The translations under genes and the position numbers were made by a program. Positions 24,272-37,225 of a stretch of DNA of 64,000 bases are shown in pieces (the stretch's first letter is position 1; each line of letters opens with the position of its first letter). Below the pieces are notes generated by a model that saw only the letters and a list, made by a program, of their open reading frames with translations, searched no databases and was not told the DNA's origin. This DNA is from Chiloscyllium plagiosum (taxonomy: Eukaryota), in the NCBI RefSeq assembly GCF_004010195.1, contig NC_057720.1:8637866-8701865 (forward strand), read 5' to 3'.

Positions 24272-25430
24272 ATGGGGAGGTGTTCGTGGTGCAGTGGCAA
24301 TCCAACTGAGCTGGTCATCCATAAGTCCCACAACAGAGATGTGAGTTTGAATCCCACTGTGGCAAATGGTGAAATTTCAAATGAATGAAAAAACATTTAG
24401 AATTAGAATTAGGTTTGTTGCCATGAGTACTCAAGTGCAGGAGTACAGTGAAATATTTATAATGTCAGTCTTCATTGTATGATCTCTGGTAGAAAGTATC
24501 TAGCTGCAAATCTTAGATACAATACAGAGAAATAAAGAAAAAAAAATCTTAATGATTCATAGTATGAGTTAGAAAATAAGAAATAAAATTAAAAGGATAA
24601 ATATTACAGTAGCTAAACAGATTACAGATAGACCTTACATTGCAGTAGATCAGTGCAGGGAGTTTTCACACATGGTCCAACAAACCTTACCAGCTGCTGA
24701 CCACCCGCACCAGTCGCCATTGCAACAACCGTCCCTGCTCTGCTCCGGGTCTACAGCTCGCTCCACTCCGGGTCTATACCCTGCTCTTCTCCAGGCCTAC
24801 AGCTCGCTCCACTCCGGGTCTATACCCTGCTCTTCTCCGGGCCTACAGCTCGCTCCACTCTGGGCTGACAGTCTGCTCTGTTCCGGACGTATACCCTGCT
24901 CTGCTCCAGGCTTACAGCCCGCTCTGCTCCAGGCCTGCATCTACTCTGCTCTAGACCTATACCCTGCTCCTCTTGGGGCCTACAGCCTGCTCTGCTCTAG
25001 ACCTATACCCTACTTCTCTCCGGACCTACGGCCCACTCTGCTCCGGACCTATACTCTGCTCCACTCCGGGCCTACAGCCTGCTCTGCTCTAGACCTATAC
25101 CCTACTTCTCTCCGGACCTACAGCCCGCTCTGCTCTGGGCCTATACTCTGCTCCACTCCAGGCCTATGGCCAGCTCTGCTCCAGACCGATACCATGCTCG
25201 TCTCCGGCCCTCAGTGTGTTTAATTCCCAGTGATGTAACCTGGAATAAACAGTTTGTCTGATTGTAACCACTATAAATTGTCATAAAAATCTGACGTCTT
25301 TCAAGATGAGAAATCTGCTGTCCTTACCTGGTCTAGCCTACATGTGACTCCAGACTCACAGCAATGTGATTGACTCTTAAGTGCCCTCTGGGTCGTTGGC
25401 CTAGCCAGTGACACTCCCATCCTATGAATG
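24272..25430 (+). mobile_element. tRNA-derived SINE (family 2) split by a LINE 3' end and minisatellite (~24400-25225)
   Basis: Head GTTTGAATCCCACTGTGGCAAATGGTG at ~24345-24371; body resumes at ~25240 (CCTACATGTGACTCCAGAC). Confidence 0.6.
24730..25210. repeat. GC-rich minisatellite, ~20-21-bp units with alternating variants
   Basis: CTCTGCTCCGGGCCTACAGCC / CTCTGCTCCGGACCTATACCC-type units, about 23 copies. Confidence 0.9.
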
Positions 25431-25749
25431 AGTTAAATTAACAAATATTCTGAAATTTTCAATTGACTCTTGCCCTCAATAGTTTATTGGGGGAGAAAGT
25501 TCCATTTTCAAGCAAAATGGTATAGTCTGACCAAACTATTTGGTTGTTCTCTCATTTGATAGAGATAACTGCTGAATGTTTAACCTGAGGGTCACCATGT
25601 AGGGAGAGGTTTGAGTCCTATATGACAACTTCAGCCAATGTAGGAGTTGAATCTAAATGAAGGGCATCACTAACTGGCTGTTCAGGAGAATGAGCTTACC
25701 ACCCCACTTTGTTGAAATAATGGTTCCTGAGCTCATTCATTCCCTATGG

Positions 25750-26261
25750 TTCCACCTACAACATACAGACCACAGAAGTTTAAGAAGGCAGCACACCACC
25801 ACCTTCTCAAGGGCAACTAACGACAGGTAATAAATGCTGGTAAACCAGTGATGTCCATGTCCCATGAGTGAATATAAATAATTTAAGGCTAGAATAGCAT
25901 CAAGGGCAATGTTGTCTACACTTATTCACTTCAGCACTCTCAGGTTGTGGGTATTTCCCCTCTCCTGATCTTCACCCCTTTACCTTTGCCATTCACAACC
26001 CTGTTCCTTCAGTCTGCCTGTGTATTATAACTCCAACGATTCTTTTCTTCAAACCAACTAACTACTCAGCCTCCCGGGTAATGTAACTAATATGATCAAT
26101 CTACTCTGTTGTTCCACTGAACAATTTTTAGGCATCTTGTCAACAAGCAAGGGTGCACTACCTGTGATAGTCTTGGTTTTCTCCTTGCGGTCTCTTGGCC
26201 AAGCCTTATCCCTCAACCCTTTTCGAGAGTTGTGATCCATCGCATTAATCTGCTACGTCCC
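25750..26261. repeat. Left arm of an old inverted duplication
   Basis: Reverse complement aligns colinearly with 27275-27780. Confidence 0.85.
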
Positions 26262-26617
26262 ATTTAATTGCTCTGGGTCTGGAGACATATGTAGGCCAGA
26301 CCAGGTAAAGACAGCAGATTTCCCAGCCTGAAGGCCATTACATTTTTATAACAATTAACACTGATTACAATTAGACAAGCTCTTTCCTCCAGTTTTGTTT
26401 TCATTAAACTCAGATTTCACCATTTGCCATGGTGGGATTAACCCATATCTCTGTTCTGGTGTTTGTGGATGACCAGCCCATGGGGATTATACAGTACCAT
26501 AAGCACTCCCTCCCATACAAATGTGGAATTAAAATACAAACTCATCAACCAATAACTTAATGAATGACAGAATAGGTTACAGGACCAAATGAACTTCTCC
26601 TTGGCTCTAATAAGAAT

Positions 26618-26881
26618 CATAGAATCCCTGCAGTGTGGAAACAGGCTCTTCAGCTCAACAATTCCACACTGACCATCCGAAGAGTAACCCACCCAGACCC
26701 ATTCCCCGATTACTCTACATTTACCCTGACTAATGCACCTAACTTACACATCCCTGAACACTATGGGACATTTAGCATGGCCAATTCACCTAACGTGCAC
26801 ATCTTTGGACTGTGGGAGGAAACCGGAGCACCCGGAGAAAACCCACACAGACATGGGGAGAACGTGCAAACTCCACACAGA
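26618..26881 (-). mobile_element. HE1/V-SINE, 5' truncated
   Basis: V-domain and tail present. Confidence 0.85.
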
Positions 26882-27274
26882 CTTAATTTTAAGAGTTCTG
26901 GAAGAAGTTATCTTCAGCTTCGCTGTCTCTGATGTATCCTCAGCAAATTTTGTCCAGTCAAAGTCACCAATTCAGATATTCCTGAGCATGCTAATTCTCT
27001 GAGTTTACATGCACTTAAACCAAGAAAGTTTGTGCTGGCTCAGCTACACTCACTGGATGAACAAAGACTGTGTGCCCAGAGATCATCAGAACTGGCCACT
27101 GCCTGTCTAGACATCAGGACATCTGCAGACTAGACGGTAAGATGACAAATACTGGCAGTGACAACTGGGAAAGAATCATGGATGGCTCCCTCCCTGAACC
27201 AATGTCACAAATGGAATCTGTCATAATTTTAAAATGGGATAAATATTTGAAAATTAAATCTTTTTATAGGAAAG

Positions 27275-27780
27275 GGGATGTGGCAGATGAATGTGACAGA
27301 TCACAACTCTCGGAGAAGGTTGAGGGATAATGTTAGCCAACAGCACAAGAAGAAAACCAAGACTCTTGCAGTCAATGCACCATTGGTTATGAACAACGTG
27401 TCGAGGAATTGTTCAGAGGAACAATGGAGTAAATTGATCACATTAGTTACATCATCAGGGAGGCTGAAAGGCTCATCAGTTTAAAGAGAAGAATTTTTTG
27501 AGTTAAAATATGCAGGCACAGTGAAAGAACAGGGTTGTGAAATGCAATGGTAAATGGCTGAAGATCAGGGAAGGGGGATACCCCAACCTGAGAGTGCAGC
27601 AATTGATGAATTTAGACAACATCACTCTCAATGCTATTGCAGCCTTAGCTTATTTCAATTCATTTGTGGGACATGGGCATCACTGGCTGGGCCAACATTT
27701 ATTGTCCGTCCTTTGTTGCCCTTGAGGTGGTAGTGAGCTGCCTTCTTGAACCACTGCAGTCCACCTGCTGAGGGTAGACC
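27275..27780. repeat. Right arm of an old inverted duplication
   Basis: Shared blocks such as GATCACAACTCTCG, GGTTGAGGGATAA, GAAAACCAAGACT, GAACAGGGTTGTGAA, CAACCTGAGAGTGC. Confidence 0.85.
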
Positions 27781-28480
27781 CACAATGTCATTACGGAGGG
27801 AACTCCAGGACTTTATCCCAGTGACAGTGAAAGTACAGCGACATTGATGGCTCAGTGGTTAGCACTGCTGCCTCATGTGCCAGGGACCCAAATGCCTTGG
27901 GCGACTGTCTGTGTGCAGTTTATACGCTCTCCTTGTGTCTGTGTGGGTTTTCTCCGGTTGCGCTGGTTTCCTCTCACAGACCCAAGATGTACAGGTTAGG
28001 TGGATTGGCCATGCTAAATTGCCTGTTTGTGCGCAGGCTAGGTGGGTCAACTATGGTAAATGTGGGGTTTTGGGGATGAGGTGAGATGCTCTTTGGAGGG
28101 TTGGTGCAGACTTGATGGGCTAAATGGCCTCTATGATTCTATATTTCTCAGCCAGGATGGTGATTGGCTTGAAAGGGAACTTGTGGGTGGGGGTGTTCCC
28201 ATGGATCTGCTACCCTTGCCCTGCTAGCTGGAAGTGGTCTGGATTTGGAAGGCACTGTCTAAGGATCTTTGTTGAATTTCAGCCATGCATCTTGTAGACA
28301 GAACACAGTGCTGCTACTGAGCATTGGTGGTGGAGGGGGTGAACGTTTGTGGATGTGATGCCAACCAAGTGAGCTGTTTTGTCCTGGATGGTGTCAAGCT
28401 CCGTGAGTGTTGTTGGAGCTGCACCCATCCATGCAAGTGGAGAATATTCCATTGTACTCCTGATGCGTGCCTTGTAGTAG
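27655..28480 (-). mobile_element. L2/CR1-group LINE 3' part containing an HE1 SINE (27846-28138, +)
   Basis: Same family as 17495-18460 and 62765-63290. Confidence 0.75.
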
Positions 28481-28541
28481 AAAATAATGATAGTGAAGCA
28501 AAATCAGACTTGCTCATATTTAACTGCAAGCATCATCATGT

Positions 28542-28856
28542 GGGCGGCATGGAGGCACAGTGGTTAGCACTGCTGCCTCACAGCGCCTGAGACCCGGGTT
28601 CATTTCCCGCCTCAGGTGACTGACTGTGTGGCGTTTGCGTGTTCTCCCCGTGTCTGCCTGGGTTTCCTCCGGGTGCTCTGGTTTCCTCCCACAGTCCAAA
28701 GATGTGCAGGTCAGGTGAATTGGCCACGCTAAATTGCCCATAGTGTTAGGTAAGGGGTAAATGTAGGGGTATGGGTGGGTTGCGCTTTGGCGGGTCGGTG
28801 TGAACTTGTTGGGCCGAAGGGCCTGTTTCCACACTGTAATGTAATCTAATCTAATC
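28542..28856 (+). mobile_element. Young full-length HE1/V-SINE
   Basis: Pol III A box GGCACAGTGGTTAGC, B box GGGTTCATTTCCC, V-domain, (TAATC)n tail; near-identical to 53012-53326 and 61028-61359. Confidence 0.95.
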
Positions 28857-31800
28857 ATCTACTCCAGCATTTATTTCCCATCCTCATTGTCTCGATGGTA
28901 AATAAAAAAAGTATGATATTTTTTATTCACTCATGGGATATGGACATCACTGGCAATGTGTTGACTGTCCTTAATTGCCCTTGGACTGAATATCTTGCTA
29001 AATTATTTCTGAGGGCAGTTAAATGTCAATCATATCGCCATGGATGTGGAGTCACATTTGGGCCAGACCAGTTAAGGTGGCAGATTTCCTTTCCCAAAGG
29101 ATGTTAGTGAACAGATGGATTTTTAAGACAATGCACAGTGGTTAACATGGTTAACATGAGTTTGTTTTTTATTATTGGATTCAAACCGGACTGTCTGCAA
29201 TAATGGCATTGAAACAAGATGAAAGGGAATGCAAGAGTAAGGTTGATTGGGACACTAAAGCATTCACTCCTCAGAATCTGTACAAGGGCAGCGTGACCTT
29301 CAATGATGTCTAAAAGCTACTCAGATTCTTAACTTTGACACTTCTGTTCACAACTGAAAAAGCATTTCCCTGTGAGAAAAATACTGCCTTTCGAAGTAAG
29401 ACATTAAACCCTGACCTCATGAGACTGTTTCAAGATGAAAATGAAAGATCCCATTGCACATCTTAGAAATATAAGTGGTCATTCAGCCACCAACAGCTCA
29501 GTTATCTGAACAAGCTCAAATTTGTTGATTGTCGATTCTTGCTGCATAGCAATTGGCTCCAATGTTTACCTCACAACAGTAGCCAAATTTCTTTGGAAGT
29601 GAATTATTTCAGGGTGACCAAGAGGGAAGAAAGAAGCAATGCTTTCTAAATGTAAATTCATCCTTCTTTAAGACATCAGTTTGTGGTGCAAGAAAGGTTT
29701 TGCGTTCCACATGAATAGGCGACAGTTATTGGTTCAAAACCAACATAGGTGTGCCAGACCAGTTCCCAATAATGCATTACCTCAGAAAATATTTATGTGA
29801 CTCGAAAAAATAGCCTGTAATTAGTAGATTCCAGAGCCAGACATACTTATTGTTTACTTTTCTCTCTAAGTTGATGCTTAAGCATCAAAGAAAACAAATA
29901 GCAGTTCCTCTAACATTAATAAATCATGGTCAGCAATTTAGTTTAAACAAAATTCCAAGCCACTGATGTAATTCTTCAGCAATTCATTCTTTATCAACGA
30001 CAAGAGTTGGAAAGTGATTCTTTTTTGTTATAGTACATAGCCTCATATCTTGAAATAAAACCAACTCAATGCCCTTCATGTCAACATAACTTGACAAATC
30101 AATGCCTCAGCATGTACACAATTGTGGCTGCCATTTTTTGCAAAGCAAGATCCCAGAAAACAAAAAATGGATGACCAGTTTTTACCAGACCAGGTAAGAA
30201 TGGCAGATTTCCTCTCTAGGGGACATTAAGGAATTTAACAACAATCAGCATCATTGGACTCTTAATACCAGATTGTTGTTTTACTGAATTCAAATTCAAC
30301 TATCTGCAATGGTGGGTTTATGAACCCAAGTCCCCATGACATTCCATAGGTCTCGGGATTAACAGTCTCACAATTATATCAATAGGCCATCACCTCTCAC
30401 TCCGGCAGAATCTTTCAAGAAGTCCAGTGAGACCTATCCCAGTTTTGAAAGCAATTAATTGATCTTTATTCCATTTGGCAAGGCAATTTCTTGTTAGACA
30501 GAGACAGTTGCCAATTAAGGGAGATTATAGTTTGTTTAATGCAAAACCTGTTTTAATATTCAGCTTTCTATCTTACCAAAAGTGTTGAACAAGCTCAACG
30601 CCAAGAATTCTCAATGTGAAAGTCAGACCTGGTCTCTGGAGAGTTTAGTTTGCCAATTCCTCCCATACGAACTCTGTGTGGGCACAGGGCATCAACATTT
30701 CTGAGCATCTCTATGGTCACTGGCCACATGTCCATATTGTTGACATCAACATCCAACTGAGGTAGCCTCTAAAAAGACCACCTCTAATCCACTTTCTGGA
30801 TGTCTCCAGGTAACCATGATACCTACCATTGCTATACTGCTAAAAATACACTGGACACTCAGGGACATAGACCCAGCTCATGGTCTGGACCAGGCTAAAT
30901 CTCCATCTTGTTCTCCTGCTGTCACAGTGTTCACTCACTCTGAGCCTAGATGCTCAGAGTATCCCTGTCTTGCCTTTTTAGGGTATTTCCCCCTCAGCCT
31001 CAGAGACCAGGCTCACCGTATTGCGAAATGCTTCTTGAGTACAGAATGCATCTCCTTCAGAAGTGTTCAGAATCCTTTCTCTCCACAGATGCTGCCAGAC
31101 CTGCTGAGTTTCTCTCGCAATTTCTGTTTCCAGCATCCACAGTACATGTATTTTGCTTTTACCAGAGCACCATTGCACTGCTGTGCTGTTTAGCACAGAC
31201 ACAAAGCTGGGCATTTAGCCGTGGTTGTCAGCAGTTCGCAGTTAAGTGAATAGTTTTTGCTAAGAACGAAGAAACAAACTGAGCTGCAGTGATGTGGAAT
31301 GCGTTGCCTCAAAGAAGGTTGAAAGCAGAATCAGTTATAACATTTGAAAGGCAATCTCTAAAGTAAAGCAGGCAAACCATTCCTATTCATTCTCGTCTCA
31401 TTAAGAGTGTTTCAGTTCATCCTTTGAAAGAGTGGAGGTGTGTAAATGAGGGCCTCGTGCACAAGACAGTTGGATCCCATGTGGCACTCTATTGTTATGT
31501 TATCTTGTATCAGGCAGTCAGGGAATACTTTTGAATGAAAAATGCTCAAACTACTTACAGACGTGGCCAGCCTTGACTGCTCCCAAAAGAATTTTTAAGA
31601 AGTTCAGACACATGAATCGGAGATGTCTCTTAGACATCAGTGTGTAAATGATGCAACTGGATTGAGGCAGGATATTGCAGTCAGAGGAATACAAGGCGTA
31701 GCTTTTACAAATAGGCTGAACTACTTAATACTGCTCTAATAATGTTTTAAAGTCAAACCTTGTTGCTCAAACATCCCTTTCTTGATCTGTCTGCATTCTT

Positions 31801-32289
31801 AGGCAGGCTAGTTTGCACGATGGACAGGGTTGTGTTCATGACTCTCTGTAGTTTTTCTTGGTCTTGGGAAGAGCAGCTGCCAGTCACCTGGTTCCATTCT
31901 TATCTTATCAGGACAACCAGATTTCCAAGCTCCAAGCTGAGACGTACTGAAACTTAGTCATGTACACTGAACCAGATGAACTCCCTGAGGCAATACAAAC
32001 ATACAATTGAGGAGCAGGAGAAGGCCATTCAGCCCATTGAACCTGCCTGGCCTTTCAGTAAGGTAATAGCTGCTATAATTGTGGCCTCAGACCACTTTCC
32101 ATCCTGCCCTGATATAATGCACAATAAAAACTGATCTCTCATTGCAGCATCACCATGTGTAGCCTTCTTTTGGTTTTGAATCATTATACTACGTAAACCA
32201 TTAAGTGAAGTGGCTATAAATTGGTGCCTTAATCGTTTGCAAAGTTGATTCCCAACCCCAATTCCAACCCAAGTCATGATAAAATAGGG

Positions 32290-32845
32290 CACCACACTTG
32301 GAGTATTGCACACTGTTTCGGTTGCCTTACTTGAGACAAGATGTAATTGTATTGGAGTCAGATTGGAGAGGTTGACTAGACTGACTCCAGAGATGAGAAC
32401 TTTGTCTCACAAGGAGTGATTGGGCAGTGATTTTAGCCTTAACTTGCTTGAGTTTAGAAGAATGATAGAAGATTTAATTGAGGTGCATAGGATGCTAAAA
32501 GAGAATGGACAATGTGGAGAGGAAGTTTCCTCATATGGAGCAATCTAGAACAAGAGATCAAAGCTTTATGCAAAGTTGCAGCGGATTTAAAACAGAGTTG
32601 AGGAGCAATTACTTTTCTCAAAGGGCCATAAATCAACAGATTCCACTCCCACAGAGTACAGTGAATGTTTGCACTTTGAATAAATTTGAGGAGGAGATAG
32701 GTAGATTTTTAATTAGTAACGGGTTGAAGGGTTATGGGGAACAGGCAGGGAAGTGGAGTTGAAGCCTAGATGGGATCAGCCATGGTCATATTAAAAGGTG
32801 GAGCAGGGGCTGAAATGTTTACTCTACTCTTAATTTTCATGTTCT
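32290..32845 (+). mobile_element. Old CR1 3' fragment
   Basis: PHLEYC..; FKTELRSNYFSQRAIN coding. Confidence 0.75.
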
Positions 32846-32861
32846 AAAACCACATGAGGAC

Positions 32862-33853
32862 CAGCACGGTGGCTCAGTGGTTAGCACTGCTGCCTTATAG
32901 CAGGGACCCGGGTTCGATTCCAGCCTTGTCTGTGTGGAGTTTGCACATTCTCCCTGTGTCTGCGTGGGTTCCTCTGGGTGCTCCAGTCTCCTCTGTTATG
33001 GGCTAGGCCAGACTACTCAAAACATTATTAAGCAGGCAGCCCTAGACCATAACTTTGAAATTTGCTTCGTTAAGCGTACTGTGAAAATTACCCGGAGTAA
33101 TGTAGCTAGACTGCTAGATTTTAAAACAGACAAAGATTTATTCACAAAATTACACTATGAAACACAAAGAACAGAATAAAGAACCCCTACACAACCTCAG
33201 CCTATCCAACTAGACTTAATTATACTGTTCTGAATATACACAACAGTCCCAATAAGCAAATTTCCTTTAAAAACCAGTATAAATGGAACACGTGCTTAGA
33301 GGTTGAAATTGGAGGGCAGAAATGAGAAAGAGAGAGAGAGTTTCCATACAGCTCCCTGTTGAGCTTCTCACCAGGTTAGACTGAACTAAAAATTGCTCAG
33401 CTGAGCTCAGCTGGAGAGCTGACCACTCCCCTTTCTTTAGACAGGTCACTTCTAAAACATGACCACTTTGGCCTGAAGTCTCATCTGTTTACATATAAAC
33501 AAAAGGCCTCTCAAAATCCTTTTCACCTCTGTACCAAACCAGTTTGATTGGAGCCTGGCCCGGTTTATTACCCCTCTGAAAAAAATCAAGGACAGTGACT
33601 CTTTGAGCCAAGGAAAAACTTTTAGAAAAAAAAAAGTGACTAGCTTTGTGACACCTCCTACAGTCCAAAGATGTACAGGTTAGATGGATTGGCCATGTTA
33701 AATTGCCCTATAATGTTCAGGGATGTATAGGTTATATGCATGAATCAGGGGTAAATGTAGGGGAACGGGTTGGTGGGATACTCTTCAGAGGGTTGGTGTG
33801 GACTTGTTGGGCTGAAGGGCCTGTTTCCACACTGTAGAGATTCTAATTCTAAT
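32862..33853 (+). mobile_element. HE1/V-SINE split by a solo LTR
   Basis: SINE sequence is contiguous once 32994-33657 is removed. Confidence 0.85.
32994..33653 (-). mobile_element. Solo LTR (660 bp), probably Gypsy or ERV
   Basis: TG...CA termini (TGTTAT/GTGACA), 4-bp TSD CCTC at 32990-32993 and 33654-33657, minus-strand AATAAA at ~33137; orientation tentative. Confidence 0.8.
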
Positions 33854-35232
33854 CACGATCTGGAGATGTAACTCACACAGACAATCAACTCCTACCTCTG
33901 TGTTTTCTGCCCATGTCAATTGGAAATGCAACACTGTGCCATGTGACAAAGGAGCACCCAAACTGTGCCAACTCGAGGGCAAAGTGGTCAACCTAGAATT
34001 CACACATAGAAAGAGCTGTTCAACGGGAAGCTGTAGAGTCAGTGCAAAGGCGAAAAACTGAATCATTTGAAATCACTGTGGAAATTGTCATGGATACTGG
34101 GCTGTACGATGAGAATCCAGCAACATCCTGGCAAAGATGACAAAACTGATCTCCTTAAAGCCACAAGTTTTCACCACCCAGCCCTGAGCAACACCTATGT
34201 ATGAACCCCCATGGATCTACAATTGACCCCTTCACACTGGCTTTCAGCACATTCATCAAAAAATGCAATCTTCTCACTGACAATTAGCAACTGCTTGTTT
34301 CCTTGCTACCAGTCTCAGTACATAAGGGCAGTAAATCTTGATCACAGCTTGTCTCAAGCAGATCAGTATGTGATCCTGAAGACCAAAAGGCAAGTCTTAA
34401 AATTTGTTCGTTAATCTCTAGCCCTTCCACAGGGTGAATTGAGAGCAGTTATCAATAGGCCTTGGTCTTTGAGGCCTAGTCAAGACAGAGCAAGCCTCTG
34501 CATGGTTCCTGGGCAGGCCAGAGAGAAATGTGTTTGATAAACATCACCAGCTGTGCTACAAATCCATAAGCTTTGGATTTGAAAGAAATACTTGCATTAT
34601 ACTACATCTTATCGCATCAAAACATGTCAGACAGCTTATCATACAGTGAATTATGAATACAATGAATTTAATCTCTGAAACATTCAGCTGCAGAGAAGTT
34701 GGTAGTGGGCAAGGAAGCCACTAGCAGGTTAATCTCGCAAATCCTCACAGGGCTACACTCTAATAGCCGGCATGGCTGAAATTGGGGATCAAACATGGAC
34801 ACAGCATGGGATTGGTTTAGCAGGTTCAATGTGCTTTTTAGAGACATGATGACAGTTCAGGATTAACCCTGTTTGGTTCAGTATTGCTGCCGAAGCAGAA
34901 AAGCAGTGGGATATTTCAAAAGCAGCGTGCGATCAGCTCGCACAGCTTCCTGAGCACTAATCTGCACAGAGTCTCATTTACTGAAATCGCTGAATATTGA
35001 GCATGGGGAGCTGAAAGCAGCTAACCCTTCTGCAAGGGTTAGCATGACAGATTGAAGACCAGCCACTGTCCCTTTGGTGGAGAATAAGAGAAGAGGGAAA
35101 GAGAGAGTGAGAAAATACAGTTGAATTTATTGTCTGATACTACTAGGCATTTTCCAAAATAATTTGTTCTAAGAAAAGGGGTACTGAACCATTCTGAAAG
35201 AATGCAAAAGGAATGACATGTTATGGATTAAA

Positions 35233-35797
35233 TCAGAAGTGACACCACACCAGGTTATAGTCCAACAGATTTATTTGAAATCACAAGCTTTTGGAGCACT
35301 GCTCCTTCATCAGGTCGACTGCAGAGAGGCACATAGACACAGGATTTATAGCTGAGAGATCAAAAGATCATACAAATGGTCTGAGTGGAGAGTCGACAGT
35401 TGAATAATAAGACTCTGCAGGTGATCAAGAGTGTCAGACGGTGTGAATAAAGTCCCAACAGCTGAACAGCAAGTGAAAGGATGACTTATAATCTGATTAA
35501 TTGAGGCTGAGAGATAATTACAAAAGATTAAAAATAAGATGGTGCTGGAGACAAACCAAATAGCTGGAATAACATGCTAGGTTTAAGAATCACATCTGAG
35601 GGTCTAACCAACCAGTCGTATGAATTTTTGATCTTTCTGCTATAAATCCTGAGCCTATATGCCTCTCTGCACATCACCTGGTGAAGGGGCAGTGCTCCGA
35701 AAGCTTGTGATTTTAAGTAAACCTGTTGGACGATTACCTGGTGTCATGTCACTTCTGACACTGTCCACCCCAGTCCAACACCGGCACCTCCACATCA
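35233..35797. mobile_element. PLE family B-like unit with ~140-bp inverted pLTRs and two hammerhead motifs
   Basis: 35233-35373 is the reverse complement of ~35618-35759; extra tail on the right arm only; probable TSD 35217-35232 / 35796-35811 (13 of 16 match). Confidence 0.85.
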
Positions 35798-36544
35798 TGT
35801 TGTAGATTAGACCTGAGAGATTTGGAAATGAAAGATATGAGAGAGAGTCACTGAAATAGATGGAGAAGTCACAGGTTCAGATTAGTTGAACCAGGCAAAA
35901 GGGAACGCGGTCAAATTTAGAGTCAAACATATAGCCGGAAAGAGGGAGACTGAAAGGAATGCATGTACAGGTATCACTGAGCAGAAAGACACAGTGAAAA
36001 TAAAAGGACTTGCAGTTCTTTAGTAGGGGGTTAGTTAGCTCCTCTGGCTGGTTTGTGATGCAGACTGATGCCAGAAGTATAAGTTCCAATCCCATATTCG
36101 CTGACATCACCATGTAGAAATCTCTTTCTTAACCTTACCCCTCATCTGTCTCTCATGAAACCATACGATCTTCTGGGACTGCAATGACTTTGCCTTTATT
36201 TGTAATAATAATCTATTTATAAACTTGTAGCATTCCAAAGCACTTTATGGCCAGTGAGGTACGTTTGAAGCATCGTCCCTGTTTTACTTGAGGAGGTGTT
36301 GCCTGAAGAGATGTGCAGATAGTTGCATACAGGAAGGCTGAGAGAGTCACAGATATGCAGACAGGTAAGGTAGATTGTGAACTTAGTGACAAGCATCCCA
36401 GATTCATTGTGGTCAGACAACAAGACTAAAGGAGGGAGGAAAAGTTAAAGAAATCAAAAATGTCACCTTGCAATCAGTTTCTATTGGGAGACTGAAGTTT
36501 GAGATGTTTTTCTGTTCAACTTTCTTTGGGATCTGACTCTCAAA

Positions 36545-37225
36545 AACATAAGAACTAGGAGCAGGAGTAGGCTGTCTGGCCCATTGAGCCTGCTCTGCCA
36601 TTCAATAAGATCATAGCTGATCTTGTTGTGGACTCAGCTCCAATTACCTGCCCACTCACAATAACCCTTAATTCCTTTACTGTTCAAATATCCATCATAC
36701 TTTGTCTTAAAAACATTCAATGTGGTAACCTCAACTCCTTCACTGGGGCAGGGAATTCCACAGATTCACAACCCTTTGGGTGAAGAAGTTCCTCCTCAAC
36801 TCAGCTCCCCCTTATTTTGAGGCTATGCCCCAAGTTCTAGTTTCACTCGCCAGTGGAAACAACCTTCCTGTTTCTATCTTATCTAATTACATCAGAATTT
36901 TATATGTTTCTAGAAGATCCCTCCCTCTCATTCTTCTAAATTCCAGTGAGTATAGTCCCAGTCTACTCAATCTCTCCTCATAAGCCAACCCTCTCAACTC
37001 TGGAATCAACCTAGCAAACTTCCTCTGCACCCACTTCAGTGCCAGTCCATCCCTTCTCAAGTAAGGAGACCAAAACTGCACGCTGTACTCCAGGTGTGGC
37101 CTCACCAGCACCCTGTACAACTGCAACATAACCTCCCTGCTTTTCAACTTAACCTCTCTTGCAATGAAGGATAATATTCCATTTGCTTTCTTAATTAGCT
37201 GCTACACCTGCAAACCAATGTTTTT
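36545..37225 (-). mobile_element. CR1 LINE 3' fragment
   Basis: EVMLQLYRVLVRPHLEYSVQFWSPYLRRD. Confidence 0.9.

Noticed and set aside
24730..25210. CRISPR-like periodicity
   Set aside because: Units are contiguous with no unique spacers, the context is eukaryotic and no cas genes are present
24672..25223. 183-aa Pro/Leu/Ser-rich ORF
   Set aside because: It is the translation of a stop-poor minisatellite
28542..28620. tRNA gene
   Set aside because: It is the tRNA-derived head of an HE1 SINE continuing into V-domain and tail; the same applies to the other SINE heads
31550..31720. Minus-strand SCLNPV..IIYTL resembling a GPCR TM7 NPxxY motif, next to a GTAAGT donor-like site
   Set aside because: Needs a frameshift and has the wrong spacing; no upstream transmembrane helices; likely chance
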